Shown: positions 16,950 through 24,586 of the stretch, piece after piece | Layout: each line of letters opens with the position of its first letter | Numbering within the stretch: the first letter of the stretch is position 1 | DNA from: Candidatus Nanoarchaeia archaeon | GTDB taxonomy: Archaea > Nanobdellota > Nanobdellia > Woesearchaeales > JANQNC01 | NCBI GenBank assembly: GCA_028279745.1 | Contig: JANQNC010000001.1 | Span: 270,001-302,000 of the forward strand | Direction: 5' to 3' | DNA: 32,000 bases | Program-made: the position numbers and the translations under genes | Notes under the pieces: generated by a model | What the model was told of the DNA's origin: nothing | Database searches by the model: none | What the model saw: the letters and a program-made list of their open reading frames with translations, nothing else

Positions 16950-17665
16950 ACACCAATAAAATATATACTATAAGGTGCCATATAAGAAAATTTGTTCTTA
17001 ATTAAGAGATAATCTAAAAATTTTATTGGGAAAAAAACATAACCAAACATCCCTTTAAAGAAAATAAACAACATTTTTGAGTTAAAAGAGAATAGAATAG
17101 CAAAAAAATTCTTAAGCATAACTGTAATTGCTGCGGCAGGACCGTGTTCAACCCCACACTTTAAACATCTAAACTCTTTAAATAAATTAATAACACCCGT
17201 ATGAGAATATCTTTGCATATCTACAGGGTCTTCATGATACCCATAAAGAAAAGGAACGCTGACAAAAATTTTTCCACCAGGTTTTAAAACACGAAAACAC
17301 TCAGCAGCCACTTTTTGGGGTTCTTTAACATGTTGCATAACCGCCGTGTTTATAACAAGATCAAATGTATCGCTTTTGATTGGCATATCTGCTGCATCTG
17401 CGATAATATCTGCAGACCCTTTGTCTTCAATATCAAGATAAGTAAAGTTTTTCTTCTTTTTACTCCTAGACCCTAAATTCAAAACTTTCGCACCAGGATT
17501 GTTTCGAAACAGCTCATCAATTAATCCCCTATAACTTCTACTTGAAGGAAAATTTCTAGAATGAACCATTCCAGAGGGCAGTTTTAAAATTCTTAGGATT
17601 AAGTTTCTTAAAAAAGGAATTTTTTTAATTGCTTGTTTGATAGATTTTATTTTAACTGCCCCCAA
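16928..17665 (-). CDS. Class I SAM-dependent methyltransferase with hydrophobic C-terminal tail
   Basis: Methyltransf_11-like core KVLNLGS ... DLVINTAVMQHVKEPQKVAAECFRVLKPGGKIFVSVPF. The listed start is TTG (17663-17665) and the first in-frame ATG is aa 33, so the 5' end is uncertain. Confidence 0.7.
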   Translation of the reverse strand: MGAVKIKSIKQAIKKIPFLRNLILRILKLPSGMVHSRNFPSSRSYRGLIDELFRNNPGAKVLNLGSRSKKKKNFTYLDIEDKGSADIIADAADMPIKSDTFDLVINTAVMQHVKEPQKVAAECFRVLKPGGKIFVSVPFLYGYHEDPVDMQRYSHTGVINLFKEFRCLKCGVEHGPAAAITVMLKNFFAILFSFNSKMLFIFFKGMFGYVFFPIKFLDYLLIKNKFSYMAPYSIYFIGVKDKKKK

Positions 17666-17699
17666 TTAACTAAAAGGAACCAAGGGAGTTATTTAAAGA

Positions 17700-18122
17700 T
17701 TAGCTTCTCTTTTTTAAGTGATCATGCTTGTTTTTTAAATCTTCAGGGATCTCAATGCCTTTCTCTTTGTAATAATTATAGACTGCTTCTCCTAATGCTT
17801 CAGTTGCCAAAACAGAACAATGGATCTTAACTGTAGGCAGATTTCCTAATCCTTTGATAATATCATCTTTCTTAACTTTCGAAGCTTCTTCTAGAGACAT
17901 GCCTTTAACCATCTCCGTCAATATGCTTGATGTTGAGATAGCAGCAACACAACCAAAAGTTTCAAACTTGATGTCTTTTATTATGTTGTTCTCAATCTTA
18001 AGGTAAATTCTCATTACATCACCGCAAGTAGGGTTACCAACCTCGCCTATTGCATCTGCATTGTCCATCTTGCCGCAATTTCGTGGATTTTTAAAATGAT
18101 CCATAACTTCTTCGCTGTACAT
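17700..18122 (-). CDS. iscU: Fe-S cluster assembly scaffold IscU/NifU-like
   Basis: The three ligand cysteines sit in canonical contexts (GNPTCGDVM, ETFGCVAAI, KIHCSVLA). N-terminal HFKNPRN. Confidence 0.92.
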   Translation of the reverse strand: MYSEEVMDHFKNPRNCGKMDNADAIGEVGNPTCGDVMRIYLKIENNIIKDIKFETFGCVAAISTSSILTEMVKGMSLEEASKVKKDDIIKGLGNLPTVKIHCSVLATEALGEAVYNYYKEKGIEIPEDLKNKHDHLKKRS

Positions 18123-18123
18123 T

Positions 18124-19278
18124 TTATTTTAAAGGAGATATTTCCCTTAACCTCTTAATTATTTTTGGAAGTGTTTCTAAAAGAGTGTTAACTTCCTCTT
18201 CTGTAGTCTGTCTTCCTAAAGAAACTCTTAATGAACCGTGTGCGTCAGCAGCGCTAATGCCTAGTGCTGTAAGAACATGCGAAGGTGTTAACTTAGGTGA
18301 AGAACATGCTGAACCAGTTGAACAAGCGATTTCTTCTTCATCCAACATCATTATTATTGATTCACCTTCAATATTTTTGAATCTTATGTTAATGTTATTT
18401 GGCAATCTTTTATCTTTACTGCCGTTAAGTGTTGAGTCTGGAATTTCTTTTAATATTGTGCTTATTATCTTGTTTCTTAGTTCAACCTGTCTTTTGCTTT
18501 CAGCACCTAACTCAAGTTCAGCCATACATAACTCAACCGCTCTTGCAAATCCAACAATGGCTGCCAAGTTAACAGTTGAACTTCTCTTATTGAACTCATG
18601 ACCTCCTCCATGTAATAAAGGAGTTATCCTTGTTCCTTGTTTTATCATCAGTAAAGCAGAGCCTTTAGGGCCATACATCTTATGAGAAGATGCAGTTAAC
18701 AGGTCAATATTTTCTGTGTTTATAGGAATCTTACCAAAGGACTGTGCTGCGTCAGTGTGGAATAAGACTTTGTGATTTTTGCAGATAGCTGCTATTTCTT
18801 CAATAGGCTGTATTGTCCCTATTTCATTATTAGCGTGCATTATGCTTACTAGAATCGTATTGTCTTTTATTGCTGCTTTTACGTCTTCAGGGTTGATTAG
18901 TCCTTCTTGGTTTACCTTGACTTCTGTTATTTCTAAACCTTCTTTCTTCAGAAAGTTTGCAGTCTCTTTTACACAGTCATGCTCTATGTTTGAGATTATA
19001 ATGTGATTACCTTTGTCTTTGTAAGCATTTGCAACTCCTTTCAATGCAAAGTTATTGCTTTCAGTTGCAGATGCAGTAAAGATCATCTCATTTGGTTTTA
19101 CATTTAAGGAGTTTGCAATAGTGCTCCTGCTTTTCTCAAGCGCTGCTGCGGTTTCCTGCCCAAAACTATGTAATGAAGAAGTGTTTCCAAACATTTTAAC
19201 CATGTAAGGACACAAAGACTTTGAGACTTTAGAATCGATCGGAGTTGTTGCCGCATAATCGAGATATATTCGTTTCAT
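18124..19278 (-). CDS. iscS: Cysteine desulfurase (IscS/NifS type, class I)
   Basis: PLP-lysine motif SSHKMYGPKG and catalytic loop STGSACSS, with an aminotransferase-V fold over the full length. The start overlaps the stop of the upstream DUF1858 gene by 1 nt (TAATG). Confidence 0.92.
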   Translation of the reverse strand: MKRIYLDYAATTPIDSKVSKSLCPYMVKMFGNTSSLHSFGQETAAALEKSRSTIANSLNVKPNEMIFTASATESNNFALKGVANAYKDKGNHIIISNIEHDCVKETANFLKKEGLEITEVKVNQEGLINPEDVKAAIKDNTILVSIMHANNEIGTIQPIEEIAAICKNHKVLFHTDAAQSFGKIPINTENIDLLTASSHKMYGPKGSALLMIKQGTRITPLLHGGGHEFNKRSSTVNLAAIVGFARAVELCMAELELGAESKRQVELRNKIISTILKEIPDSTLNGSKDKRLPNNINIRFKNIEGESIIMMLDEEEIACSTGSACSSPKLTPSHVLTALGISAADAHGSLRVSLGRQTTEEEVNTLLETLPKIIKRLREISPLK

Positions 19279-19514
19279 TATTCTTTTTTATCTCCTTTTT
19301 CTTCAGCTCTTTTTTCAACTGCCGCATTCATCTCTTCAATCATCTTATCGATCTCTTTGTCATCAAACCCATGACCTTTACAACCGTCTTCAATCGTTTC
19401 TGTCAAAGAGACAGCACAACCAATACAGTGTAAGCCGTGATCAAAGAAAACTTCTGCAACTTCAGAATGTTCTTTAACTACATCTCCAATAATCATATCT
19501 TTTGTTATCTTCAT
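19278..19514 (-). CDS. DUF1858 / redox-disulfide-type small protein (CxxC)
   Basis: ITKDMIIGDVVKEHSEVAEVFFDHGLHCIGCAVSLTETIEDGCKGHG matches the DUF1858 pattern, also called the hybrid-cluster-protein-associated redox disulfide domain. Its GGAGGAA SD lies within the end of the upstream ferredoxin gene. Confidence 0.7.
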   Translation of the reverse strand: MKITKDMIIGDVVKEHSEVAEVFFDHGLHCIGCAVSLTETIEDGCKGHGFDDKEIDKMIEEMNAAVEKRAEEKGDKKE

Positions 19515-19517
19515 TTT

Positions 19518-19697
19518 TTATTCCTCCTTCTTTATTGCCCCAACTGGGCAAGTATCTAGAATTTCATCTACGATGTCTTCGGGAACATCGTCTGTTTTTG
19601 TTTTTGCTTTGCCATCCACCAGCTCAAAATACTCTTCAGCAACTGCAGTGCAAGCTCCACACCCAATACATTCTTCTTCGTCTATTTTTACTTTCAT
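19518..19697 (-). CDS. Small single-cluster [4Fe-4S]/[3Fe-4S] ferredoxin (59 aa); absent from the supplied ORF track
   Basis: My own minus-strand translation gives MKVKIDEEECIGCGACTAVAEEYFELVDGKAKTKTDDVPEDIVDEILDTCPVGAIKKEE*. CxxCxxC...CP is the mono-cluster ferredoxin signature. An SD-like GGGTGG lies 7 nt upstream of the ATG. The stop is 3 nt before the DUF1858 start. Confidence 0.75.
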   Translation of the reverse strand: MKVKIDEEECIGCGACTAVAEEYFELVDGKAKTKTDDVPEDIVDEILDTCPVGAIKKEE

Positions 19698-19740
19698 TTA
19701 AATTCCACCCTTATTTTTTAAAGTTCTGCTTATAAGTAAG

Positions 19741-19756
19741 CATATAATATATAAAG
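19741..19756 (-). promoter_or_regulatory. TATA-box-like element for the ferredoxin-DUF1858-iscS-iscU operon
   Basis: The minus strand reads CTTTATATATTATATG, about 50 nt upstream of ATG 19697. The predicted leader would contain GGGTGG. Confidence 0.35.
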
Positions 19757-19868
19757 ATTGTGGCTATATATTATAGGATATTCATACTATGAGGTTATGT
19801 ATTATAAGGAATTTCGGCTATAAGTTATAACCAACAACTACTTTAAGCTTTTCATATATAGAAAAGAC

Positions 19869-20417
19869 ATGGAGATAGAAGAATTGGATTCACTGGAGAA
19901 AGAAAGCATAAGAAGAGCAATACCCATAATAGGTTCAGAGAAAGGTGAGTGGTTGCTTGACAAAGTTAAGGAAGTTAAACCTTCCAAAGTGTTAGAGTTA
20001 GGAACTGCAAATGGTTATTCTGGAATAATATTAGGCTCAGAAGGTGCAGATATAACAACCATAGAACAAAATCCAAAAGTTGCTCCTGAAGCTAAAGCGA
20101 ATTTTGAAAAGTTTGGTATAAATGCAAATATACTTGTAGGTGAAGGTGTGAGTTTTGTGAGATCGTTAGCAGACCACCCAACCAATAAAGAAAGCTTCGA
20201 TATGATATTCATCGACTTCTCTAAGAAGAACTATATCGATATTATTGAAGACTGTATCAAGCTAGTCAAGGTTGATGGGCTGATTATAGCAGACAATATA
20301 ATGAAAGAAGATTGTCAAGATTACGTTGAGAAAGTGAAGAATGACGATAGGTTGGAAACTTCCATCGTCGATATTAAGGATGGACTGAGTGTAAGTAAGA
20401 AAACAAAACCATTTTAA
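19869..20417 (+). CDS. Class I SAM-dependent O-methyltransferase, family 3 (CCoAOMT / YrrM-TrmR-like)
   Basis: VLELGTANGYSGIILG (SAM motif I), FDMIFIDFSKKNY and GLIIADNI. Confidence 0.7.
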   Translation: MEIEELDSLEKESIRRAIPIIGSEKGEWLLDKVKEVKPSKVLELGTANGYSGIILGSEGADITTIEQNPKVAPEAKANFEKFGINANILVGEGVSFVRSLADHPTNKESFDMIFIDFSKKNYIDIIEDCIKLVKVDGLIIADNIMKEDCQDYVEKVKNDDRLETSIVDIKDGLSVSKKTKPF

Positions 20418-20441
20418 AAAGAAGAAGACTTCTCTCAGGCT

Positions 20442-20861
20442 ATGAAATACGAGATGCTAGAACATACAGCAGATGCAAAGTTTAGAGCTTATGGTTCAAA
20501 CTTAGAAGAAGCATTCACCAATGCAGCTTTAGCTACTGGTGCGATCATGGCAGACATGGAATCTATCGAAGCTTCAATGGAAAAAAAAGTTAATGTTAGT
20601 GCAAACAGAAAAGAATCATTGTTGTATGACTTTTTAGAAGAGATATTATTTTTACTAGACACAGAAAACTTTTTGATAAAAGACGTTAAAAGTCTAGCAA
20701 TTGAAAAAAGAGAAGGGAAGTTTCAGTTAAGTGCAGTATTAGTTGGAGGAGAAGCAGACAAATACGAAATATTCGGAGCGATTAAAGCTGTTACTTACAG
20801 CGACATGTTCATAAAAGAAGAAGACGGACAAGTAATAGTCCAAGTAGTCCACGATCTTTAA
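20442..20861 (+). CDS. Archease
   Basis: The N-terminal EHTADAKFRAYG and the C-terminal IKAVTYSDM...VQVVHDL are the hallmark archease blocks. Located immediately upstream of rtcB. Confidence 0.9.
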   Translation: MKYEMLEHTADAKFRAYGSNLEEAFTNAALATGAIMADMESIEASMEKKVNVSANRKESLLYDFLEEILFLLDTENFLIKDVKSLAIEKREGKFQLSAVLVGGEADKYEIFGAIKAVTYSDMFIKEEDGQVIVQVVHDL

Positions 20862-20870
20862 GGAGGAAAA

Positions 20871-22304
20871 ATGGAAGAAAAAATAGAACCAAAAAAACTA
20901 AACGATTATTCATTCATAGTAGACAAAAAAGGACCGATGAAAGTACCTTTGAAAATATTCGCAAGTGAAAAACTGCTAAAAAAGATGCAGGAAGATAAAT
21001 GCATTCAGCAAGGAGTAAATGTTGCATCATTGCCTGGGATAAGAGGCTTTTCAATGATGATGCCAGACGCACACCAAGGATACGGGTTTAGTATTGGGGG
21101 AGTTGCAGCGTTAGATTTTGAAAAAGGATGTATCTCCCCAGGAGGAATAGGGTTTGACATCAACTGCGGTGTAAGGCTATTAACAACCAACCTAACAAAA
21201 GACGAAGTTGAACCAAAAGTAAGACATCTGCTTGAACAATTCTTTGAAAACGTGCCAGCAGGAGTAGGATCAAAATCAGAAATAAAACTAACAGATGAAG
21301 AGCTAGACGAAGTGCTTGTAAAAGGAGCCAAATGGGCACTAACAAAAGGATATGGGACTGAAGAAGATGTTGAACATTGCGAAGAACAAGGATCCATGAA
21401 AGGTGCAGATGCTTCAAAAGTAAGCGTTAAAGCAAAAGCTCGAGGAAGAAAACAACTTGGAACATTAGGAGCAGGAAACCATTTCCTAGAAATACAATAT
21501 GTATCAAAAGTATTTGATAAAGAAGCTGCTTCAGTGTTTGGATTTGAAGAAGGACAAGTTGTAGTACAGATACATTGTGGTTCGAGAGGATTGGGCCACC
21601 AAGTTTGTTCAGATTATTTGAGAAAGATGGAAGACAACTACCCAGACATAATGGAAAAACTACCTGAAAAAGATCTTATTTATGCACCCTCAGGTTCACA
21701 GATCGCAAATGACTATTTTGCAGGAATGGTTGCTTCAGCTAATTTTGCGTGGGCAAATAGACATATAATAGGACATCAAGTAAGAAAATCATTCAAAGAG
21801 ATATTTGAAAAAGCTGAATTGCATACTTTGTATGATGTAGCACACAACATAGCAAAGATAGAAGAACATACTGTTGATGGTGAGACTTTCAAAGCTTATC
21901 TTCATAGAAAGGGTGCGACCAGAGCATTTGGACCTGGAAGCGATGAAATCCCTTCTAAATATAGAGAAGTAGGGCAACCAATCCTAATACCTGGATCGAT
22001 GGGTACTTCATCATATGTTTTAGTTGGAACAGAAAAATCAATGGAAGAATCATTTGGGAGTACTGCACACGGAGCAGGAAGACTGATGTCAAGACATGAA
22101 GCGAATAGGAACTGGAGAGGAGAAGATGTTAAAGAAAGTCTTAAAGAACAAGGCATTTACGTAAAAGCAGCATCATGGAAAGGAGTTAGTGAAGAAGCAC
22201 CTGGCGCATACAAGGATGTTGATGAAGTAGTCAAAGTAAGCGACGCAGCAGGAATAGGCAAGCTAGTTGTTCAACTGAAACCAATGGGTGTGGTGAAAGG
22301 TTAA
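20871..22304 (+). CDS. rtcB: RNA-splicing ligase RtcB (3'-phosphate/5'-hydroxy RNA ligase)
   Basis: MMMPDAHQGYGFSIGGV, GFDINCGVR, GAGNHFLE, HCGSRGLGHQV and GSTAHGAGR cover all the RtcB metal and guanylyl-His motifs. Strong SD (AAGGAGGAAAAATG). Normal length with no intein. Confidence 0.95.
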   Translation: MEEKIEPKKLNDYSFIVDKKGPMKVPLKIFASEKLLKKMQEDKCIQQGVNVASLPGIRGFSMMMPDAHQGYGFSIGGVAALDFEKGCISPGGIGFDINCGVRLLTTNLTKDEVEPKVRHLLEQFFENVPAGVGSKSEIKLTDEELDEVLVKGAKWALTKGYGTEEDVEHCEEQGSMKGADASKVSVKAKARGRKQLGTLGAGNHFLEIQYVSKVFDKEAASVFGFEEGQVVVQIHCGSRGLGHQVCSDYLRKMEDNYPDIMEKLPEKDLIYAPSGSQIANDYFAGMVASANFAWANRHIIGHQVRKSFKEIFEKAELHTLYDVAHNIAKIEEHTVDGETFKAYLHRKGATRAFGPGSDEIPSKYREVGQPILIPGSMGTSSYVLVGTEKSMEESFGSTAHGAGRLMSRHEANRNWRGEDVKESLKEQGIYVKAASWKGVSEEAPGAYKDVDEVVKVSDAAGIGKLVVQLKPMGVVKG

Positions 22305-23383
22305 TCCAACTCACACTCATCTTTTTCTATTTTGTCTTTTGTTCCTTTGCCGCTCAAGCCAGTCTCTGGTGTTGGAAGTAAATAATCTTCTGTGGAGAAA
22401 TCTTTGTCTGAATTGACTAAATTGTGCCATTTCTTGAAATCGATCCAAGACATCCATTTGTTGTTTATTTTGAATTTCTTTTTTGCCAACAGTATAACTC
22501 TTGATGGAATGTGTTCAGAAACAATCTCGTAATCATCTAAGTATTGAATCAAATCTTTAGTGAACTCAACAACATCTTCATGGTAAGGCATGTTGGATTT
22601 ATCTAAAATCTGTCTTGAAGCACCAACAAACATGTAACCTTTAACTTCAACAAAATCAGGACTGCCTCTTTCGATAAGTTTAGCATACCCTTCAGGCTCG
22701 ATCATATTCATATCTTTAAGTAAAGTTATCCTTATGCATGTTCTGTCTTTTCTAGTTGACATTAGGTCTAATGATTGCAACATTCTGTCCCAAGAATCCT
22801 TAAACAAAGGAACATCAATCTTTTTCCAAACCTCTTCGTTAGGACCATCTAAACTAATGTATAACTGAGTGACTTGATCCATATCCGCCAAATGCTTAGG
22901 GTATTGACCATTAGTAACCATAAACGTAGAAATGTTCTGTTTATTACAAAGGGCAAGGAATTCATTCAGTTTAGGATAGATTAAAGGTTCTCCTGTAAGA
23001 GATAATGCAACATGCCTTACAGTCTGACTCTGCTCTAACACTTTTTTATCAGCATTCTCATTTCCACCAAAACCTTGCAGTAGTTTAATGTGTGCTTCGA
23101 TACTTCTAGTGAGAATTAGATCAGGTTCGTCTACATCTCCTTGCCATTCTTTAGCAACAGGTTCTTTATGTCCTCTCCAACAGAATAAACACCTATTAGC
23201 ACATGAAAGACAAGTAGTCATCTGCAGACATTGATGGCTCATGATACCATAAAACTTCAGCTTATAACATCCGCCTCTGCCACGAATCATATTTTTAGTC
23301 CAACCACAAACCTTCACAGCTGAATGACTGCCGGCAAACCTATACTGTTGAGATTCCATCTCTTCTTTCGTTTTTGTGTCCAT
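22301..23383 (-). CDS. taw1: tRNA 4-demethylwyosine synthase Taw1/TYW1 (radical SAM)
   Basis: Radical-SAM motif CANRCLFCWR (Cx3Cx2C), preceded by N-terminal cysteines (VKVCGW, GGCYK, SHQC) for the auxiliary cluster. LSLTGEPLIYP is present, with full-length TYW1-like similarity. Confidence 0.88.
   Translation of the reverse strand: MDTKTKEEMESQQYRFAGSHSAVKVCGWTKNMIRGRGGCYKLKFYGIMSHQCLQMTTCLSCANRCLFCWRGHKEPVAKEWQGDVDEPDLILTRSIEAHIKLLQGFGGNENADKKVLEQSQTVRHVALSLTGEPLIYPKLNEFLALCNKQNISTFMVTNGQYPKHLADMDQVTQLYISLDGPNEEVWKKIDVPLFKDSWDRMLQSLDLMSTRKDRTCIRITLLKDMNMIEPEGYAKLIERGSPDFVEVKGYMFVGASRQILDKSNMPYHEDVVEFTKDLIQYLDDYEIVSEHIPSRVILLAKKKFKINNKWMSWIDFKKWHNLVNSDKDFSTEDYLLPTPETGLSGKGTKDKIEKDECELD
22319..22343 (+). 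terminator. Oligo-T-rich tract, candidate terminator for the archease-rtcB operon
   Basis: CATCTTTTTCTATTTTGTCTTTTGT begins about 15 nt after the rtcB stop and lies inside the antisense taw1 3' coding region. Confidence 0.25.
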
Positions 23384-23423
23384 AAACTTTCAGGATGCAA
23401 TCCTCCCCTTAAAAAGGTTATGC

Positions 23424-23438
23424 AAAGGTTTATATTTC
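23424..23438. promoter_or_regulatory. Single AT-rich TATA-like element shared by divergent taw1 and GT4 genes
   Basis: AAAGGTTTATATTTC. The TATA centre is about 27 nt from GT4 ATG 23459 and about 50 nt from taw1 ATG 23383. The taw1 leader would carry GGGGAGGA. Confidence 0.35.
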
Positions 23439-23458
23439 TAATTCTGAAACTCACTAAA

Positions 23459-24580
23459 ATGAAAAAACTACTCATCGTGCCTAACTTTTCTCCCGCAAGA
23501 GGGGGATCTCATACACTTTATTATAATATCTGTAGAACACTTAACCCCCAGGAGATTGTAGTTTTTACAGGAAAAACTAAGGGCTATAGAGAGTTTGATA
23601 AAAAACAAAAGTTTAAGATATACAGAACAAGGAAAGTGTCCATGTTAGATTCATTAGTCTTTAAAGAATTACTAAGATTAAACAGACTCATAAGGAAAGA
23701 AAAAATAAAAAAAATTCTTTTTGGACACCTAAACTCTTGTTTAACTGCTCTAGCAATCAAATTTATATTTGGAAAAAATTACTATCTCTACGTTCTTGCT
23801 GAAGAAGTGACGGGAATAATATCTGGAAGCAGATCGGGGTTCTTTAAAAAAAAATGTTTGAAACACGCAAAAGGAATTATTGCCATAAGTGATTACACAA
23901 AAAACCTAATCAAAAAATATAACAAAAATATCAAAATCATATACCCTGCAGCCAAGTTAGACAAATTCAAACCAAAACAAAAAAGCGAGGAGTTAATGAA
24001 AAAACATGGCCTAAAAAATAAAAAGGTTATCTTGACCTTGGCTCGATTGGATGAAGGGAAAGGGCATGGAAAAATTATAAAACTCCTCCCAAAATTAATA
24101 AAAGAACACCCCTCTCTAAAATACCTGATAGTTGGCGAGGGTGAAGAAGGATCAAAACTTAGAAGATTAGTTTCAGATATGAATCTTAACAAACATGTAA
24201 CATTTGCGGGAGAAGTTCCTGAAAAAGAACTTGTTGATTACTATAATCTATGCGACATATTTGCAATGCCAAACAGACCTATTATGAACAAAGACAAAAA
24301 AACATTTTACACTGAAGGTTTTGGAATCGTATTCTTAGAGGCAAACGCTTGTGGAAAACCCGTCATAGGCGGAAATTCAGGAGGGGTTCCCTCTGCAATA
24401 ACACACAGACATAACGGTCTGCTTGTAAATGGAAACGATGAGAAAGATATATACAACAGCTTGAACAACTTATTAGAGAAAAAAAGGTTAAGAGAAAAAC
24501 TTGGTAAAAATGGATTGGAGTGGGCAAGAAGATTCAATTATAAAAAAATAGCAGCAGAATTAGAAGAATTTATTTCTTAA
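23459..24580 (+). CDS. Glycosyltransferase family 4 (GT-B fold)
   Basis: I set the start at ATG 23459 (MKKLLIVPNFSPARGGSH), about 27 nt downstream of the TATA-like TTTATATT. C-terminal signature EGFGIVFLEANACGKPVIGGNSGGVPSAITHRHNGLLVNGNDEKDI. The track's 23324 start would overlap taw1. Confidence 0.8.
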   Translation: MKKLLIVPNFSPARGGSHTLYYNICRTLNPQEIVVFTGKTKGYREFDKKQKFKIYRTRKVSMLDSLVFKELLRLNRLIRKEKIKKILFGHLNSCLTALAIKFIFGKNYYLYVLAEEVTGIISGSRSGFFKKKCLKHAKGIIAISDYTKNLIKKYNKNIKIIYPAAKLDKFKPKQKSEELMKKHGLKNKKVILTLARLDEGKGHGKIIKLLPKLIKEHPSLKYLIVGEGEEGSKLRRLVSDMNLNKHVTFAGEVPEKELVDYYNLCDIFAMPNRPIMNKDKKTFYTEGFGIVFLEANACGKPVIGGNSGGVPSAITHRHNGLLVNGNDEKDIYNSLNNLLEKKRLREKLGKNGLEWARRFNYKKIAAELEEFIS

Positions 24581-24586
24581 TCAAAA

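Noticed and set aside
21005-21417. Two overlapping minus-strand ORFs (130 and 85 aa) inside rtcB
   Set aside because: They are antisense to a gene with complete RtcB motifs. Their products are Ser/Leu-rich low-complexity sequence with no start context.
23324-23458. Track N-terminal extension of the GT4 (start at 23324), overlapping taw1 by 60 nt
   Set aside because: The extension runs antisense through the taw1 start and the promoter region. A typical GT4 N-terminus (MKKLLIVPNF..GG) begins at ATG 23459.
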